This document shows, in pieces, positions 45,645 to 59,807 of a stretch of DNA of 64,000 bases. Position numbers and translations under genes: made by a program. Location: NCBI GenBank assembly GCA_964016885.1, contig OZ024751.1:38750001-38814000 (forward strand). Reading direction: 5' to 3'. How positions within the stretch are numbered: the first letter of the stretch is position 1; each line of letters opens with the position of its first letter. The stretch comes from Eledone cirrhosa. Lineage: Eukaryota. Below the pieces are notes generated by a model that made no database searches, was not told the origin of the DNA, and saw only the letters and a list, made by a program, of their open reading frames with translations.

Positions 45645-45932
45645 CATTTCACATCATCCTCATCATAATCATCATCTTCATTGTTGACGTCTTCTCATTC
45701 TTACTCTTTTTTGCTATCTCCTACATACGGAAACTAATGACTATAATGTAAGGTCTTTGTTCCTTTAGTCAATATATTGGCGAGAGAATCTAAAATAGTT
45801 TTCTGTCTCCATGTTTTATTGTTCAGTAGCCTAAGGCTGAAAAAGGTATTCGCGACAGCCGTAGACAAAATATTTAACAGTTAAATGATATGTAATACAT
45901 ATTATATGCTATATATATATATATAAGTTTTC

Positions 45933-45974
<42 letters not shown>

Positions 45975-46212
45975 GAAAACTTAATTGATGGGTTTGAGGA
46001 ATTTCTTCGGTGATATAAGTGGCTATAAGGCAAACATTCTATCATGGAGTTTTGAATGTTTCGTCATTGATTACTTATAGACATACACACTTAATTATAT
46101 ATATATATATATGGGTGTGTGTAGAGAGAGAAAGGTAAAGAGAGGCAAGCAGTTTGTGTGTCAGAGGTAGAAATAAAATGCGTTAGTGTACATCTATCAG
46201 TTTTTCATAATT

Positions 46213-46261
<49 letters not shown>

Positions 46262-46263
<2 letters not shown>

Positions 46264-46452
46264 ACGAAGGAAATGTGGTAAGGAGCCAGATGGACCATAA
46301 CGCACCAAAGTACTCAATACTTAGGGTAGTAGAGTGGCTAATAGCAACAAGTAGGACCCCGAGGGCTGAGCTCAAGCCGTTTCGACGGTTAATTCTGGAC
46401 TGGAATTAGCCGTCGAAACGGCTTGAGCTCAGCCGTCGGGGTCCTACTTGTT

Positions 46453-46455
<3 letters not shown>
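46262..46455 (-). mobile_element. Family C fold-back element
   Basis: About 55-bp inverted arms centred on 46396-46402, the shared tail and (TA)n flanks. Confidence 0.88.
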
Positions 46456-46517
<62 letters not shown>

Positions 46518-46967
46518 TATTAAATATTCTTTAAGTGAAGAGAAAATATTTTTTTCAATAATAAAAGAGAGCCTATTACATGTATACCTGTACCTGCCAC
46601 GTTATCCCGAAATATGATGTGAAGGACGAAAATCTCTGAAGTGATTGTTGTTAAACTCCATACCTATATAGGATTGACAGACAATTCTCAACATTTATAA
46701 CATATCGCTATCGTTTTCATAATCTCAACATGTATTTAACAAACAAATAGTTGCAGGGTGATTCTAAGTTTGAAGACATTTATAACACAGGCAATAATGG
46801 AAAGAAAAAAACAATCCGACCAAGGCAATTAGGTTTCCATTGGCTTTCTTTTGTATATATTATCTGATGTTCAAACACTTGGTAGCAGCGCCATCACCCC
46901 CGTTACCGGTGACCGGAGACAGGAATTTAACATATAATGCACAATCAGAGTAGTTTACCGCCACCCT

Positions 46968-47030
46968 GACTTGTAATTTATTTATCGACTCCGAACATAT
47001 AAAAAGCTAAGTCGACCTCGGTGGGATTTT
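46968..47030 (-). mobile_element. Old SINE fragment
   Basis: TTTATCGACTCC...AAGTCGACCTCGGTGGGATTT. Confidence 0.55.
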
Positions 47031-48771
47031 TATTGACAGCAAAGCACCAGAATATATAATGAGCAATATATTCTTAGGTTCTAGCTGGTCTATCAATTCT
47101 CCTGAAATATATTAACGGGCTCTGATACAAATTGAACTCGGGACTCGTTAATTTGAAGGCTTTTATTTGGTTTCGTCATAATTGAAACACACCCAGACAA
47201 GTTTTTCATTAAAGTGTAATATATCATACCAATTATTCATTCGTAAATGTGGTGCTATGTCTTACTAGTTCAATTACAGCATATTGACTTGATGGAAAAC
47301 GTAGTGTATTTTATACGTTTGGTTATGACTCGTAGAAACGAAATTACAAATTTTGTCCTTCAGCTTGCTGAAAGACATTATTAATATTTGAAGAAGATAC
47401 TGGTATTATGACAAGACCTCATACGCTGAAGACGAACGTCTCATATTAACATCTAGGACAACAATTTAGTCGGACATTGTACGTTTAAATTTTTAATAAA
47501 AAGCCGGACTGTTTTAATTACCAGGAATATTCCCGCTATATTTATCCGGCTTCAAACATGTTTTGCTTCTGTTTTGTTTAATTTTTTTTATCAAAATTTG
47601 TCGTTTGGGACAACAAATTCGGAAGCATTTCTTTATTTTGTTTTATTTCGTTTTGTTTGTCTGTTCTATTTATTTTTTCTATTTTTCTGTTCAGTTTTAT
47701 GGAAGGAAGAAGGGACAAATGGACTGAACAACCACACACCAAACAATGGCAATTAGTGGACTATTCATCAATACCAAAGTGACAAGACATTACAATTTTA
47801 ATTAATTACCAAATATAATTACTTAAACTTCTCTTTTTCTCTAGCACATTTTCTCCACTTAAATGTTGACTCATTACTAATTGATTGATGACAAATATTT
47901 AGAATACTAGAAGCAAACCACGTTTGATAGTTCACACTAATCTTCTTCCTTGCGTTTCTTCCTTCTCAATAATGACGGGCATTATTTATATATATGACCA
48001 TTGTTCATAACATTCACCAGACACCTCAGATCATTTAACTTATGAATTTTGAAATAAAATAATTTTCTTTCCTTAGCTTGACATCTTTACATTAAGTCAA
48101 AACAAACAAACAATTCGTGTTGTTTTTTTCTTGTTTTTATTTCAACCACACAATCGCCCCACCCCTGGCGAATATTGCGTTTCCATAGAAGTAGTAATTT
48201 ACAATGCTGATAAACTAATCGACTGAAAATTATCTTTAGAAAATTCTGAATTGAATTTTTAAGATCAAAAGTAGACTGGCTAATAAATAAACTAAATGAA
48301 TAAAACATATTTGTATAGGATTAAAAGAGCAATAGAATACATATCCAGATATATAGACACAGTTACAATAGAACTGTATACAGGTTGTATAGTCAACGGG
48401 CATGTTGAAGTCGTTAGTTTGTTTAAAGCAGTAAGATAACAGAAGACTTCATTACATTCAGTTTTGATATTTTAAAGATTCTATCCAATAAAAAAACCGT
48501 TTCAAAATATATTATATCTTAGAATATCTTACACCACTTTATTGATTATATATATAATCTCTATATATATTGAGATGCCCCGTTCGAGACTAGAGTACGT
48601 TATAACAGATTTTACTTCGGTAGCTACAACTGACATGGAGAGCTGAAAGCTGTTTGCACAATAATTTGTTCATTGTTGTGATAAAATATAACACTGAACA
48701 TTAATTAACATCTAAATTAAGACAACTTTATATATATATATATATACACAAACATTTAGAAACGATAAGAG

Positions 48772-49267
48772 CTTTGCTTACCTCCTTACGGTGTCGATAT
48801 AATAAAGCAGCAGTTATGCATTACCGTCGATATAATCGACTTTCTCCTCCCCTACAAATTGTTGACTTTGTGTGAAAAGTAGAAACAATTTTCATTATTA
48901 TCATTACTATTAAGTTCCAAGTTCAAATCTCGCCGGGGTTCACTATGCCTTTCGTTATTACGGGGTCAATACAACTAAGCATCAGTAATACACTGGAGTC
49001 GTTTAATCGATTTTCCACTGGCCCAAAATATCTGGCTATGTGCCTAAAGTAGAAACAATTATCATTATTCCCATTAAGGTGGATTTGCAGTATCGGTAGA
49101 GGGTCGGACGTCATGCTTTGCAGCAAAGAGTTGCGTCCCTTTATGGTCTCAGTTCAAATCCCGCCGAGGTTTACTTTGTCTTTCATCCTTACGAGGTCGA
49201 TAAAATAAAGTACCACTAATGCACTGGGATAAATGCTGGCCTTGTGCCAAATGTAGTAACAATTATT
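48772..49267 (+). mobile_element. Three tandem SINE copies (48772-48890 and 48920-49061 old and truncated; 49078-49267 young and full)
   Basis: Each ends in GTAG(A/T)AACAATT. Confidence 0.85.
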
Positions 49268-49474
49268 GCCAATATTACTAAGTTTGTTACTTCATAAAAA
49301 CGTCTGATATTTCAAGACAACATTTTAGCAACATTTCAGCCATAAACTCAATTTCCAAATGTTACACAGATCTAAATAATTAACTACATACTATTTGAAA
49401 TAGTTCCGATAAAAATTTATCATATTAAAGCCCAATAATTCCCGGTAGATTACGTACATTTGGATACACTATGG

Positions 49475-49553
49475 GGCAAGTGTGTTACGATAGCCCTGTG
49501 TTGACTAAAGCTTTGTACCTGGAATTTGACAGATGAAACCTGCAGCAGTTCAG

Positions 49554-49558
<5 letters not shown>
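49475..49558 (+). mobile_element. Fragment of another SINE family running into (TA)n
   Basis: GGCAAGTGT..ATAGCC..GACTAAAGCTTTGT..GGAATTTGACAGATGAAAC resembles a common octopus SINE body. Recognised from memory only. Confidence 0.4.
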
Positions 49559-49584
<26 letters not shown>

Positions 49585-49782
49585 AAATGGATGTACAGCA
49601 TAGTCGATGTTCGAACTGCAACTAAGCCAACGAATGCAATCAGAAGTGCAGCCAAGCACTCGATAAGGTATAAAACCTTAGAGTAATAACATACACTTTA
49701 AAAGGCTTTGCAAATTGAAGATAGCGACCGGTAATTCAGCCGCGGGGACCGTAGCAACGAAAGAACTGACTCGCGAGAAAAA

Positions 49783-49825
<43 letters not shown>

Positions 49826-49904
49826 GCCAGCGGCGCCGATTGGCGCCCGACAGACTGGTCGGTCAAGGTGATATATATATATATATATGTATGTATGTGT
49901 GTGT

Positions 49905-50020
49905 GTAAATCAGGATGGAATCAGTTTGAAAGTGAGTACTCAATACTCTGTATCGTAGACTGTGGTTATTTCATAGTGTCACAACCCGACGCCTGGAACT
50001 AGCTGTTGAAACGGCAAGAC

Positions 50021-50025
<5 letters not shown>
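49905..50025 (-). mobile_element. Diverged family C relative
   Basis: AGTACTCAATACT..GTAGA and GAACTAGCTGTTGAAACGGC match family C motifs. Confidence 0.55.
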
Positions 50026-50061
<36 letters not shown>

Positions 50062-52008
50062 TGCTTACATTTATTAGTGTCTCCATGTTATTTATTATTC
50101 TATCACACTATAGTAACGAATGAATTATGAGCCATCAAATGTTTATAAATATACTTACAAACTTGGAATATATATATTATTTAAATCATCTACATAGGAA
50201 GCAATTATATAATAATATAAGCTGATTATAAAATAAATAATTCAGTGTATTGAATTATATTCTTCGCACCCCGCCTCCAGAATGTACATGCTATAACTAT
50301 AGATTCATAAACAATATATATTACGTTAATAATTACAAAAGCAACTAGTTCAGTGCCATCTTGTAAAATGATCTCATCCGTATAAATTTACGTTATATTC
50401 TTCCTTCACTAGTTCCCACCTGTCATTAAATAATATTAAAAATATTATATAGATATGTACAGTTAATCATTTTATTGTCAACCCATTTACCACCAATGTT
50501 CGTCCTCCTTAAATACTCATATATTGATAATTAGCATTGTAAGGGTAACCAAAACTGGACTTAGCTATGTGGTGCCTCACCCCAACCTTATGAGATATCA
50601 TGGGTGTACGGGATAATTTGAAAGGCAATGTATTACGGTGGAATGTCGTTCGTGATATCAAACCTTTAGTGACTCTTACTACAGGTTTGAATTTGTTGTA
50701 TCTACTTTACACTATATCCCAAGAGTTAAATGAAGAGTCAGTCATTATATCAAATTAAATAGAAATAGAAATATATCAACACAAGTTCATAAACTTTGCT
50801 TCTAAACGTTGGGCAGCAGAAAATAATAGTTAAATCTGAAGCAAATATAACCGATTCCCTGTGTTTTTGAATGACTAAAACTACTCTACAGTAATGTAAA
50901 GTCAGTGATTCATAAATAGAATTCATAATTTTTTAGCTTCTATCTTCTTTTCTCATAAACGCAAGAGGAGATTTCGAATGAAATTAAAACGGTAATTTTA
51001 TTAGAACTGAGCAAGACATGGGAATATAACATATCGACGTATATCTATTTACAATCACTATAGTCTGTTTGTCGGGTTATTTTTACTTGAGGCAAGCCAA
51101 TATGAAATGACATAGATTTTCGTCCCTCTTTATAGTATATCTATACTGAGATTTTTACATTCACTCCGTCTATTTTTGTGGTCACTTAAAACCTCAGAAA
51201 CCAACTCAGAATACCAAAATGCATCCAAGGGAAATATAAATCTTTACACCGAATATTTCTTTCTCTTTCACTTTCTTCATTTTTCTTTTCACCGAAATAT
51301 ACCGGACGTGAAGCGTTGATATAGAGTGAGTTATATATATATATAGATGACACTTATATACATCCCCAGGGAAAATAGTTATGGCTATCTAGATATAGGA
51401 TTTTCACTTCACCAGTTACGCCTAATTGTAACAGTTCCTTCTACTATATAATTTATTAAATTAGAGAAAATGTGTCGATGAACTGATAAGGGTTTAAATA
51501 ATCATCCAATGAAGTATATCTTTGTTATATTCACAATAACATTTCATTCTCATGTTCCATTTAACACCTGCACACCATTGAATTAATTTACTCAATAATT
51601 CGATAAATAAACCTTCATTTCCGTACAAAACGATGCGTTGAATCTTGTATTAATTATTATTTCAGGTGTAAGAGGCGTCAGATATGAAAGAACAAATAGT
51701 GCCTATCACTAAACTATTTTTCATTACAATGTTCTTCATCTATTAGATACAAGATTATCCTTTCTTCTAAACCACGCTTGATGGAATGATTGAGATTTAC
51801 GTTCCGGTTCCTTGCGTTCAAATCATTGTAAATCTTTGTAAATATGGAGAACCCGGATGGGTTATTTTGAGGGATTCGTCAATTTTGCTTTTCGACAGAA
51901 TTAGAAACAAGTTATATTGAGTTCGAGTCCACCTCCATAACTTTTTATCATTCATTTCCTGCCTATCAAACTCTGATCTTCTCTAGAATACATCATCTGT
52001 GTTTTCAG

Positions 52009-52093
52009 ATCTGGAGAGTGATGCGGTCCGCTAGGACTAAATGCCCAGGACATGATGTGTATCACCAGGGAAAGCCCATGGCTCATTCAGCAG
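52009..52093 (+). other. Candidate internal exon (85 nt)
   Basis: TGTGTTTTCAG acceptor, CAG/GTACAG donor and elevated GC. One frame is open (IWRVMRSARTKCPGHDVYHQGKPMAHSA). No homology recognised. Confidence 0.35.
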
Positions 52094-52336
52094 GTACAGT
52101 TCCACACATACATACAATAAATATGCAGACTATAGGCTAAGAAAGTAAAGATTTATAAATACAAATATCGTTTTATTTCCTTACAATTCGTAAATTTGCA
52201 GAAACAAATGTCATGGGCAATGTTGGAACTCTGATACGAAAATGAAACTCGATTCAATGATAGAGATTTACAGATGTAATAAAATATATTTCGAACTATC
52301 CGAGTATTCATACCGACCCACTCTTATCTTTGTATG

Positions 52337-52373
<37 letters not shown>

Positions 52374-52839
52374 ATTTATATACATACACTTACGAATGCA
52401 AATATGCAGTTGACTATATGTATAGGAATATATTTAGAAACACATATATTTATATACATTAAACACACATATATATATAGACCTATATGTATTGCTGAGT
52501 AGTACTATATTGAACGATGATCTTTATAAAAAGCATTGATTTTCATGGTAATTATTTTTTATTCCTCGGAGGTTGATAATGTTGTGATGTATTCCATAAA
52601 GCAGCTGCCCTCCAGATAGACAACACTTTCGAGAAATGCTTTCACAGACATATTTTATTCCCTCATATATGTATGTCTATTTACTTATAGCAACATTTGA
52701 GAAATTACATTTGTATTTTTTATTTTTTTATTTTTTGCTAATATATTGTATTTCATATCACACTATATTCAACTTACCTGTATATTCATTCAAATATATA
52801 AGTGTGTATATACATATATGTATGTATAAACATGAGTAT

Positions 52840-52907
<68 letters not shown>

Positions 52908-53255
52908 ATATGTGTGTGTGTGAGTGTATATATATATATACATATGTATATATATGTTTAAGCATATGTATACTTATATATATATATATGCATATATATG
53001 TTTATATATATGTGTGAGTCTGTGTTTGTTTCTGTGAGTGTCTGCGTGTGTGTATATATGTTTGTCTGTGTATAAATGTGTAGGTTTACATATGTATATA
53101 CATGCATATGTTTCTGGTGTATATTCGTAATTTGACTATAATTTTAAAAGAGCGGCTGAGAGACATTGAATATCATTGAGACAGAGTAAGAGCAACATAT
53201 AGAACGAGAAACAGAGATAGGGGGAGAGGGAGAGGGGGGAGGGGGAGATAGAGTT

Positions 53256-53377
<122 letters not shown>

Positions 53378-53600
53378 CGAGAGAGAGAATAAAGAGGTGA
53401 AGATATATATATTGATGAGACATTCAATATTCCTTAACTATTAAAGTCTCCTGCTTGTTGGTAGACATTCCCTCAACACTTTGCTGAAAGTTGGAATTTA
53501 AAAGACGGCATTCCATCAGGACACTACCCCGCAGGGACAATACTAAATTTTTTTCTGAGAAATCTATATCCATATCTTCGGAAATAAAATATGCATGTTG

Positions 53601-53643
<43 letters not shown>

Positions 53644-53772
53644 TAGATGTGAACTTGCAACTTTGCTGAAAATATATAGACAATCGTATCGACTAGTATG
53701 TGAGTGTGTATAAATATATACATACACATAGTGCTGTTAATGTATGCATGCATACACACATATATGTAGATG

Positions 53773-53776
<4 letters not shown>

Positions 53777-53856
<80 letters not shown>

Positions 53857-53908
53857 ATATATATATATATATATGTATATGTATATATATGTATATATAT
53901 ATATATGT

Positions 53909-53940
<32 letters not shown>

Positions 53941-54069
53941 GTATATATATGTATATATATATATATGTATATGTGTATATATCTATATATATATATTTAT
54001 ATATATATGTATATATATATATATATATATATGTATGTCTATATATATATATATATATATAAATATATG

Positions 54070-54146
<77 letters not shown>

Positions 54147-54148
54147 GT

Positions 54149-54203
<55 letters not shown>
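53777..54203. repeat. Interrupted (TA)n tract
   Basis: Directly visible. Confidence 0.95.
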
Positions 54204-54205
<2 letters not shown>

Positions 54206-54439
54206 ACTATTATACATTTGTCTGCGCCGAGTTTACCGAATTTGCAACTGAAGCATATGTAGAAAATATTTAGTTTCACATAGATTTTCATGTGTTTCTG
54301 TCCGTATGAATATATGTGTTCGTGTGTGTCTGTGTCTCTGTGTGTTTGTCATTTAGATATTAATCTCACATAGAAAATAAAGTAAACAGAAAATAACTAC
54401 ACTAGTTATAGAAAACAATTATTTTTGTTAACCAATTAA

Positions 54440-54628
54440 ATAACTGTTTCTACTTTTGGCACAATGCCAGCAATTATCCCAGTGCATTACTGGTACTTTA
54501 TTTTATCGACCCCATAAAGATGAAAGGCAAAGTTAAACTCGGCGGGATTTGAAATCAGAATTGTAAGGGCCGTAACTCTATGCGGCAAAGCATGGTGTCC
54601 GACCCTCTACCGATACTGCCAATCCACC
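54440..54628 (-). mobile_element. Main SINE, full length
   Basis: Consensus match; TSD AATTAAATAAC at 54434 and 54641. Confidence 0.92.
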
Positions 54629-54851
54629 ACCTTAGCCAATAATTAAATAACGAAAGGGTGTCTGCGATAAATAATTTGCAAAGGTGTTTGACTGAATTAT
54701 TGATGTAAAATACATTTGTATAGTGCCTCTACGTGTATAACTTTATTTTAATATCGGTATACCATCTTCTCCTACAAGTGATTTCTAATGCTTCATAAAG
54801 GAATTCAGCTCAGCGCCCTTTAAGGTACACCTCATTTGAATTTTGTGGTCG

Positions 54852-55023
54852 TGAATTGGCAGTATCGGTAGAGGGTTGGACGCCATGCTTTGACGCATAG
54901 AGTTACGGCCCTTGCCATTCCGAGTTCAAATCCCGCCGAGGTTAACTTTGCCTTTCATCCTTACAGGATCGATAAAATAAAGTACCATTTGGTAATTGCT
55001 GGTATTGTGCCAAAAGTAGAAAC
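54852..55023 (+). mobile_element. Main SINE, full length
   Basis: Consensus match; 13-bp TSD ATTTGAATTTTGT at 54834 and 55028. Confidence 0.92.
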
Positions 55024-55060
55024 ACGTATTTGAATTTTGTATTGTGATATAAACAGGAAT

Positions 55061-55243
55061 AATAATTGTTTCTAGTTGTGGCACAAGGCCAGCAAATACC
55101 CAGTGTATTACTGGTACTTTATTTAATCAACCCCATAAGGATGAAAGGCAAAGTTAACCTCGGCGGGATTTGAACTCAGAATAGCAAGGGCCGTAACTCT
55201 ATACGTCAAAGCATGGCGTCTGACCCTCTACTGCCAATCCACC
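55061..55243 (-). mobile_element. Main SINE, full length
   Basis: Consensus match with AATAATAA flanks. Confidence 0.92.
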
Positions 55244-55264
55244 GGCCTTTATAATAATAATAGC

Positions 55265-55475
55265 CTATTAATAAGCATTCTAGGATTTATCATCAGGACA
55301 GGGTTGTTGCAGAAAACAACCTTGCTAGGAACAACAAAGTTTCTCAGGAGTGTGTCGGACAGTTGAAGGAGAAGGAGGGACATAAAGGATCTTTGGTCAT
55401 CGTCTATGTCTCGCTCTTTTGGCATAGTGTCCTTATAACATCTACCAGGGCAAAAGCGTTACAAGTAGTAATATT
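55265..55475 (+). mobile_element. 3' end of R4/Dong-like (restriction-like endonuclease) non-LTR retrotransposon
   Basis: 55280-55366 translates LGFIIRTGLLQKTTLLGTTKFLRSVSDS*, similar to the LQK..LLGT..ILR..L C-terminal motif of RLE non-LTR elements. It lies after (TAA)n and is followed by a short 3' UTR. Confidence 0.65.
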
Positions 55476-57621
55476 GATGGTTTTGATGATAATGATGTAG
55501 ATGTTGATGATAAATATGATGGCTTACGATGGGACGTGTCTGTTTATACAGTCGAAGGCAAAATTAATGAAGAAGAGATATATAGAAATAAGAATATAAA
55601 AATAGGATGCCCATCTTCCTGATCAGGATCGTAGGGCTAACCATTATGATCATAATCTCTATATTACTACCGAAGATATTGACAGGAAAACAGTAAGATG
55701 TCTCAGATATTACTTTGCAAATATTTTATTAAGTCATTACAGAGTTAGAAATCAAGTTATTGCTCTCCAAATAACCTGGATATCAGCGTTTATCCTACTA
55801 GGACGAAATGGTTATCGTAAAACATCATGCAAGCCATACTCCAAAACCGCTGGTACTTACAAGGTATATATCTCAAAATAATCGATTTATATGTAAATGT
55901 GATTGAACTTTGAAAAGTAGCAAGCAATATTTTACGATATCAGAAGTACACGTTTTTTTAAATAATATGAAATAAAACCTACATTTAACCGTTTCATTGC
56001 CATGATTCTAATGAAAGAAATTATACCGACGCTTTAAATTAATTTTTAAATTATTCAAAAATGTGATGGGATTTTGCTTTCGCATTATATAGTCGCTATT
56101 TAAAGCATAATGTAAACTTTTTACTTGAAGATCTTTACTTGAAATTATGATTGGAGAATTTATCACAGAAAGTGGAGCAGTTTCAGACGACTTGGTATTA
56201 AAAGATTTAATAAAAAGCAACTGAGAGTAGATTCTCAACCATATAATATATCAATTTATTGCCCTCAGAAGATCAGGAACTCAACATTTCCAATGTCTGA
56301 AGAGAACCGTTGTACCTCTCTTAACTCAGAACTGCTGGGATATAAATGTCAGGTAGATCAATAAAATCGATATATAGGTAAATATGTTTGTAGAACGTTA
56401 AAAAACAGTGTGCAATATTTACGTGACTTTAAAAGTATGCCCTTTCAATAATTTTTGAAAAAAAATAACGTACTTTTAATAAAAGGCAATTGATAGCAGC
56501 TTCTCAACTATATAATTTGCTGTCAAATCGAATTGAATCATTCATTCAGATTAGGTTTTCGATTGTATGAGTGCAGCCTTGCTTTGCTGTTCTTTCTTGT
56601 TTAAAATTGTAACTTCACATAGAATTTCTAGTTGGAACCAACCGCAGGAGCAAAACATACTTTAGCTTTGAAATCTATAGAATGTTAAATGTGCACATCC
56701 ATAAAGTAATTTTCAATCAGCAAAGCAGAAAATAATTTTTTTTTGTATTAAATTCTATAATTGTATTCGCTTTGATCTTCCCATTAATTTTCTCAAAAAT
56801 ATTTTCTTTATTTATGTCTATTTTTGCCCATTTATATTCGATGGCTTTATAATCAGCCAATAAACATTGAATTGGTTGAAAATTGTCATAAAAAAATATA
56901 GAATCCTTTTCTTTTTTCATTTTTCGTAATAATTATTTAACCCTTTCTATTTTCCTCGATTTTTCCTGCACTAAGTGTTTTTGTTCAAGTTATGTCGATA
57001 TGGTATTAAAGTTACATTTAAAGAATGTAGAAAATAGATTTTGTTGCATTGTGCGTTGGAAAACGTTTCAATTTTTGTATTTAGGATAAAGTGAAACTTA
57101 TATATCATTTATTTCACATCTATGAGCTCTTTCATTTTCTTCCATAATTTTTTCTTGTTTTTCCTGTCTTTGTTTCGTTTTTCTTTCTAAACTATGAATG
57201 TGTATTTGTTTGATATTGCTGACAATATAAATCTGAAAATGTTAAACCCAAAGCATAGACAATCAAGCGTATTTTAATGCGAAGAGACAAACCTGCATAT
57301 AACAATGAACTTTTATCTACGTGTGCAATGTATTGAAGAACATTAGCTCAGAAATCAGAGAGAGAGAGAGAAAAAAAAGGGGTGACATCAACTTTTTCTT
57401 TTGTTCGTCGTTATCTATTCTATCTACACTGAACCTACTGTGACATCTTAAAATAGGAGTCTAAAGTAGTTGATCAGCCATTAATAGACGGCTAGCGTTG
57501 ATCTTTTTGACAAAACTGTCCGATCCCACTTTAATCTTTCTTTCCATTTACTTTTGATAATATTATCGCAATGTATTCAATATTTTGCTTTTGTCCTTCC
57601 AGTGTGTGTATCGTCAATGCT

Positions 57622-57624
<3 letters not shown>

Positions 57625-57720
<96 letters not shown>

Positions 57721-57780
57721 TCTCTCTCTCTCTCTCTTTCTCTCTTTCTCTTTCTCTCTCTCTCTCTCCCTCTCTCTCTA

Positions 57781-57854
<74 letters not shown>

Positions 57855-57912
57855 CATGTATGTATATATATATACATGTATGTATATATATATAATTTAT
57901 ATATATATATAT

Positions 57913-57946
<34 letters not shown>

Positions 57947-57962
57947 TAAACATATCTGCATA

Positions 57963-58020
<58 letters not shown>

Positions 58021-58035
58021 TATATGTGCATGTAT

Positions 58036-58104
<69 letters not shown>

Positions 58105-58125
58105 TGTGTGTGTATGTGTGTGTGC
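57625..58125. repeat. Compound (CT)n-(TA)n-(TG)n microsatellite
   Basis: Directly visible. Confidence 0.97.
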
Positions 58126-58509
58126 ATTATTTTTTTGCTAAGCTAATGTAATGCCATCTTTTCGACAGTGACGACTACATAAACATAAAGGATATATAGC
58201 AAATCTACGTTTCAGATATTGACCTTTTAACCTTCCTACCTGATAATGGGCAATTGATTTTTTTTCTTTTTGCCTTTTTTTTTTGTCTTGTAAAGAGTAT
58301 GTATGCGTTTGGCTTCTGTTTATATCCATGTTGCTGTCTCTCAATGCTATGTTTTCTATGTTTCTATTACGTCAAGGTTCAGCTGAAAGATTATTTTCAA
58401 AGTTATCTATTCCATTTCGTACTTAACAGTGATTCACATGAACTTTCGTTGGCATTATCTATCTATATAACACTATATATCTACACATATATCTACACCC
58501 ACACACACC

Positions 58510-58563
<54 letters not shown>

Positions 58564-59225
58564 GTGATCGAAAATATTTTATCGCCGAGTTTTTATTTCA
58601 GAATCTATAGACAGGAACAAATCAGACAATGTCTTTCGTATCTTCTTCTAAAAGGACTCCTCACCGTCAAAACGAACATGAAAAGCCGTCTCGATTGTAA
58701 TCAATAAGGTTGCCAATGAGGATATATCTGCCATTTAAAAATGCCGAATATGGTAATTAAAAATAACGCTCGATATAACACATACAGATTAGAATATCAC
58801 ATAATCTGACAGGTAATTTCATTTGTTATTCTCTCCCCATACACACATTCTCGTCGGGTTGTTATATAAAGCTTAAAAAAACAAACTAATGAGATTTTCG
58901 GAATATCCTGTGTTTTACAGCAATATATTTACCTAACTATACCATTGAATGGATAACGTAATGTAAATAGCAACTAATGATTCATGGTGATATTGACATA
59001 TACATATATACATATATACATTCATATATACATATATACATACATATATACATATATACATACATATATATATATATATAAAAGAGCACTCCCATATAAA
59101 CGCGTATATATATATATATATATGCATATATCACACACACACACATGTATATATACATATATATAAGTATATACATATATGTATATATATATATACATAT
59201 AAGTATATATATCTATGTATATATA

Positions 59226-59263
<38 letters not shown>

Positions 59264-59265
<2 letters not shown>

Positions 59266-59470
59266 ACGAAGGAAATGTGGTAAGGAACCAGGTGGAACAT
59301 AACGCACCAAAGTACTCAATACTTAGGGTAGTAGAGTGGGTAATAGGAACGAGTAGGACCCCGACGGCTGAGCTCAAGCCGTTTCGACGGCTAATTCTGG
59401 ACGGCTAGTTCAGTCTAGAAGTAGCCGTCGAAACGGCTTGAGCTCAGCTGTCGGGGTCCTACTCGTTCCT
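59264..59470 (-). mobile_element. Family C fold-back element, longest copy
   Basis: About 59-bp inverted arms (59342-59402 and 59412-59472), the shared tail and (TA)n flanks. Confidence 0.88.
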
Positions 59471-59481
59471 ATATATATATA

Positions 59482-59523
<42 letters not shown>

Positions 59524-59807
59524 GTGTGTATACATATATATATATATAATAAATTATACCGAAGATACAGATTCTGGTTGTTTTAGTAACGTTAATAACG
59601 ATGGAGGAAGCCTCACTGATGATGAAAGAAATTCCCTAACACTAGTCTCTGGAGTTCTCACACTTTCAATTCTCAAAATACTCAGACGTATTTTCCCCTA
59701 TCTAGTGTTCCTGGCGTTGCTAATATCGATCAATTATGCCACGCTACATAGGTATATAAGCACTCTTAAAGTTAACATTATATATCTACAATCAATGCTT
59801 ATTGCTT

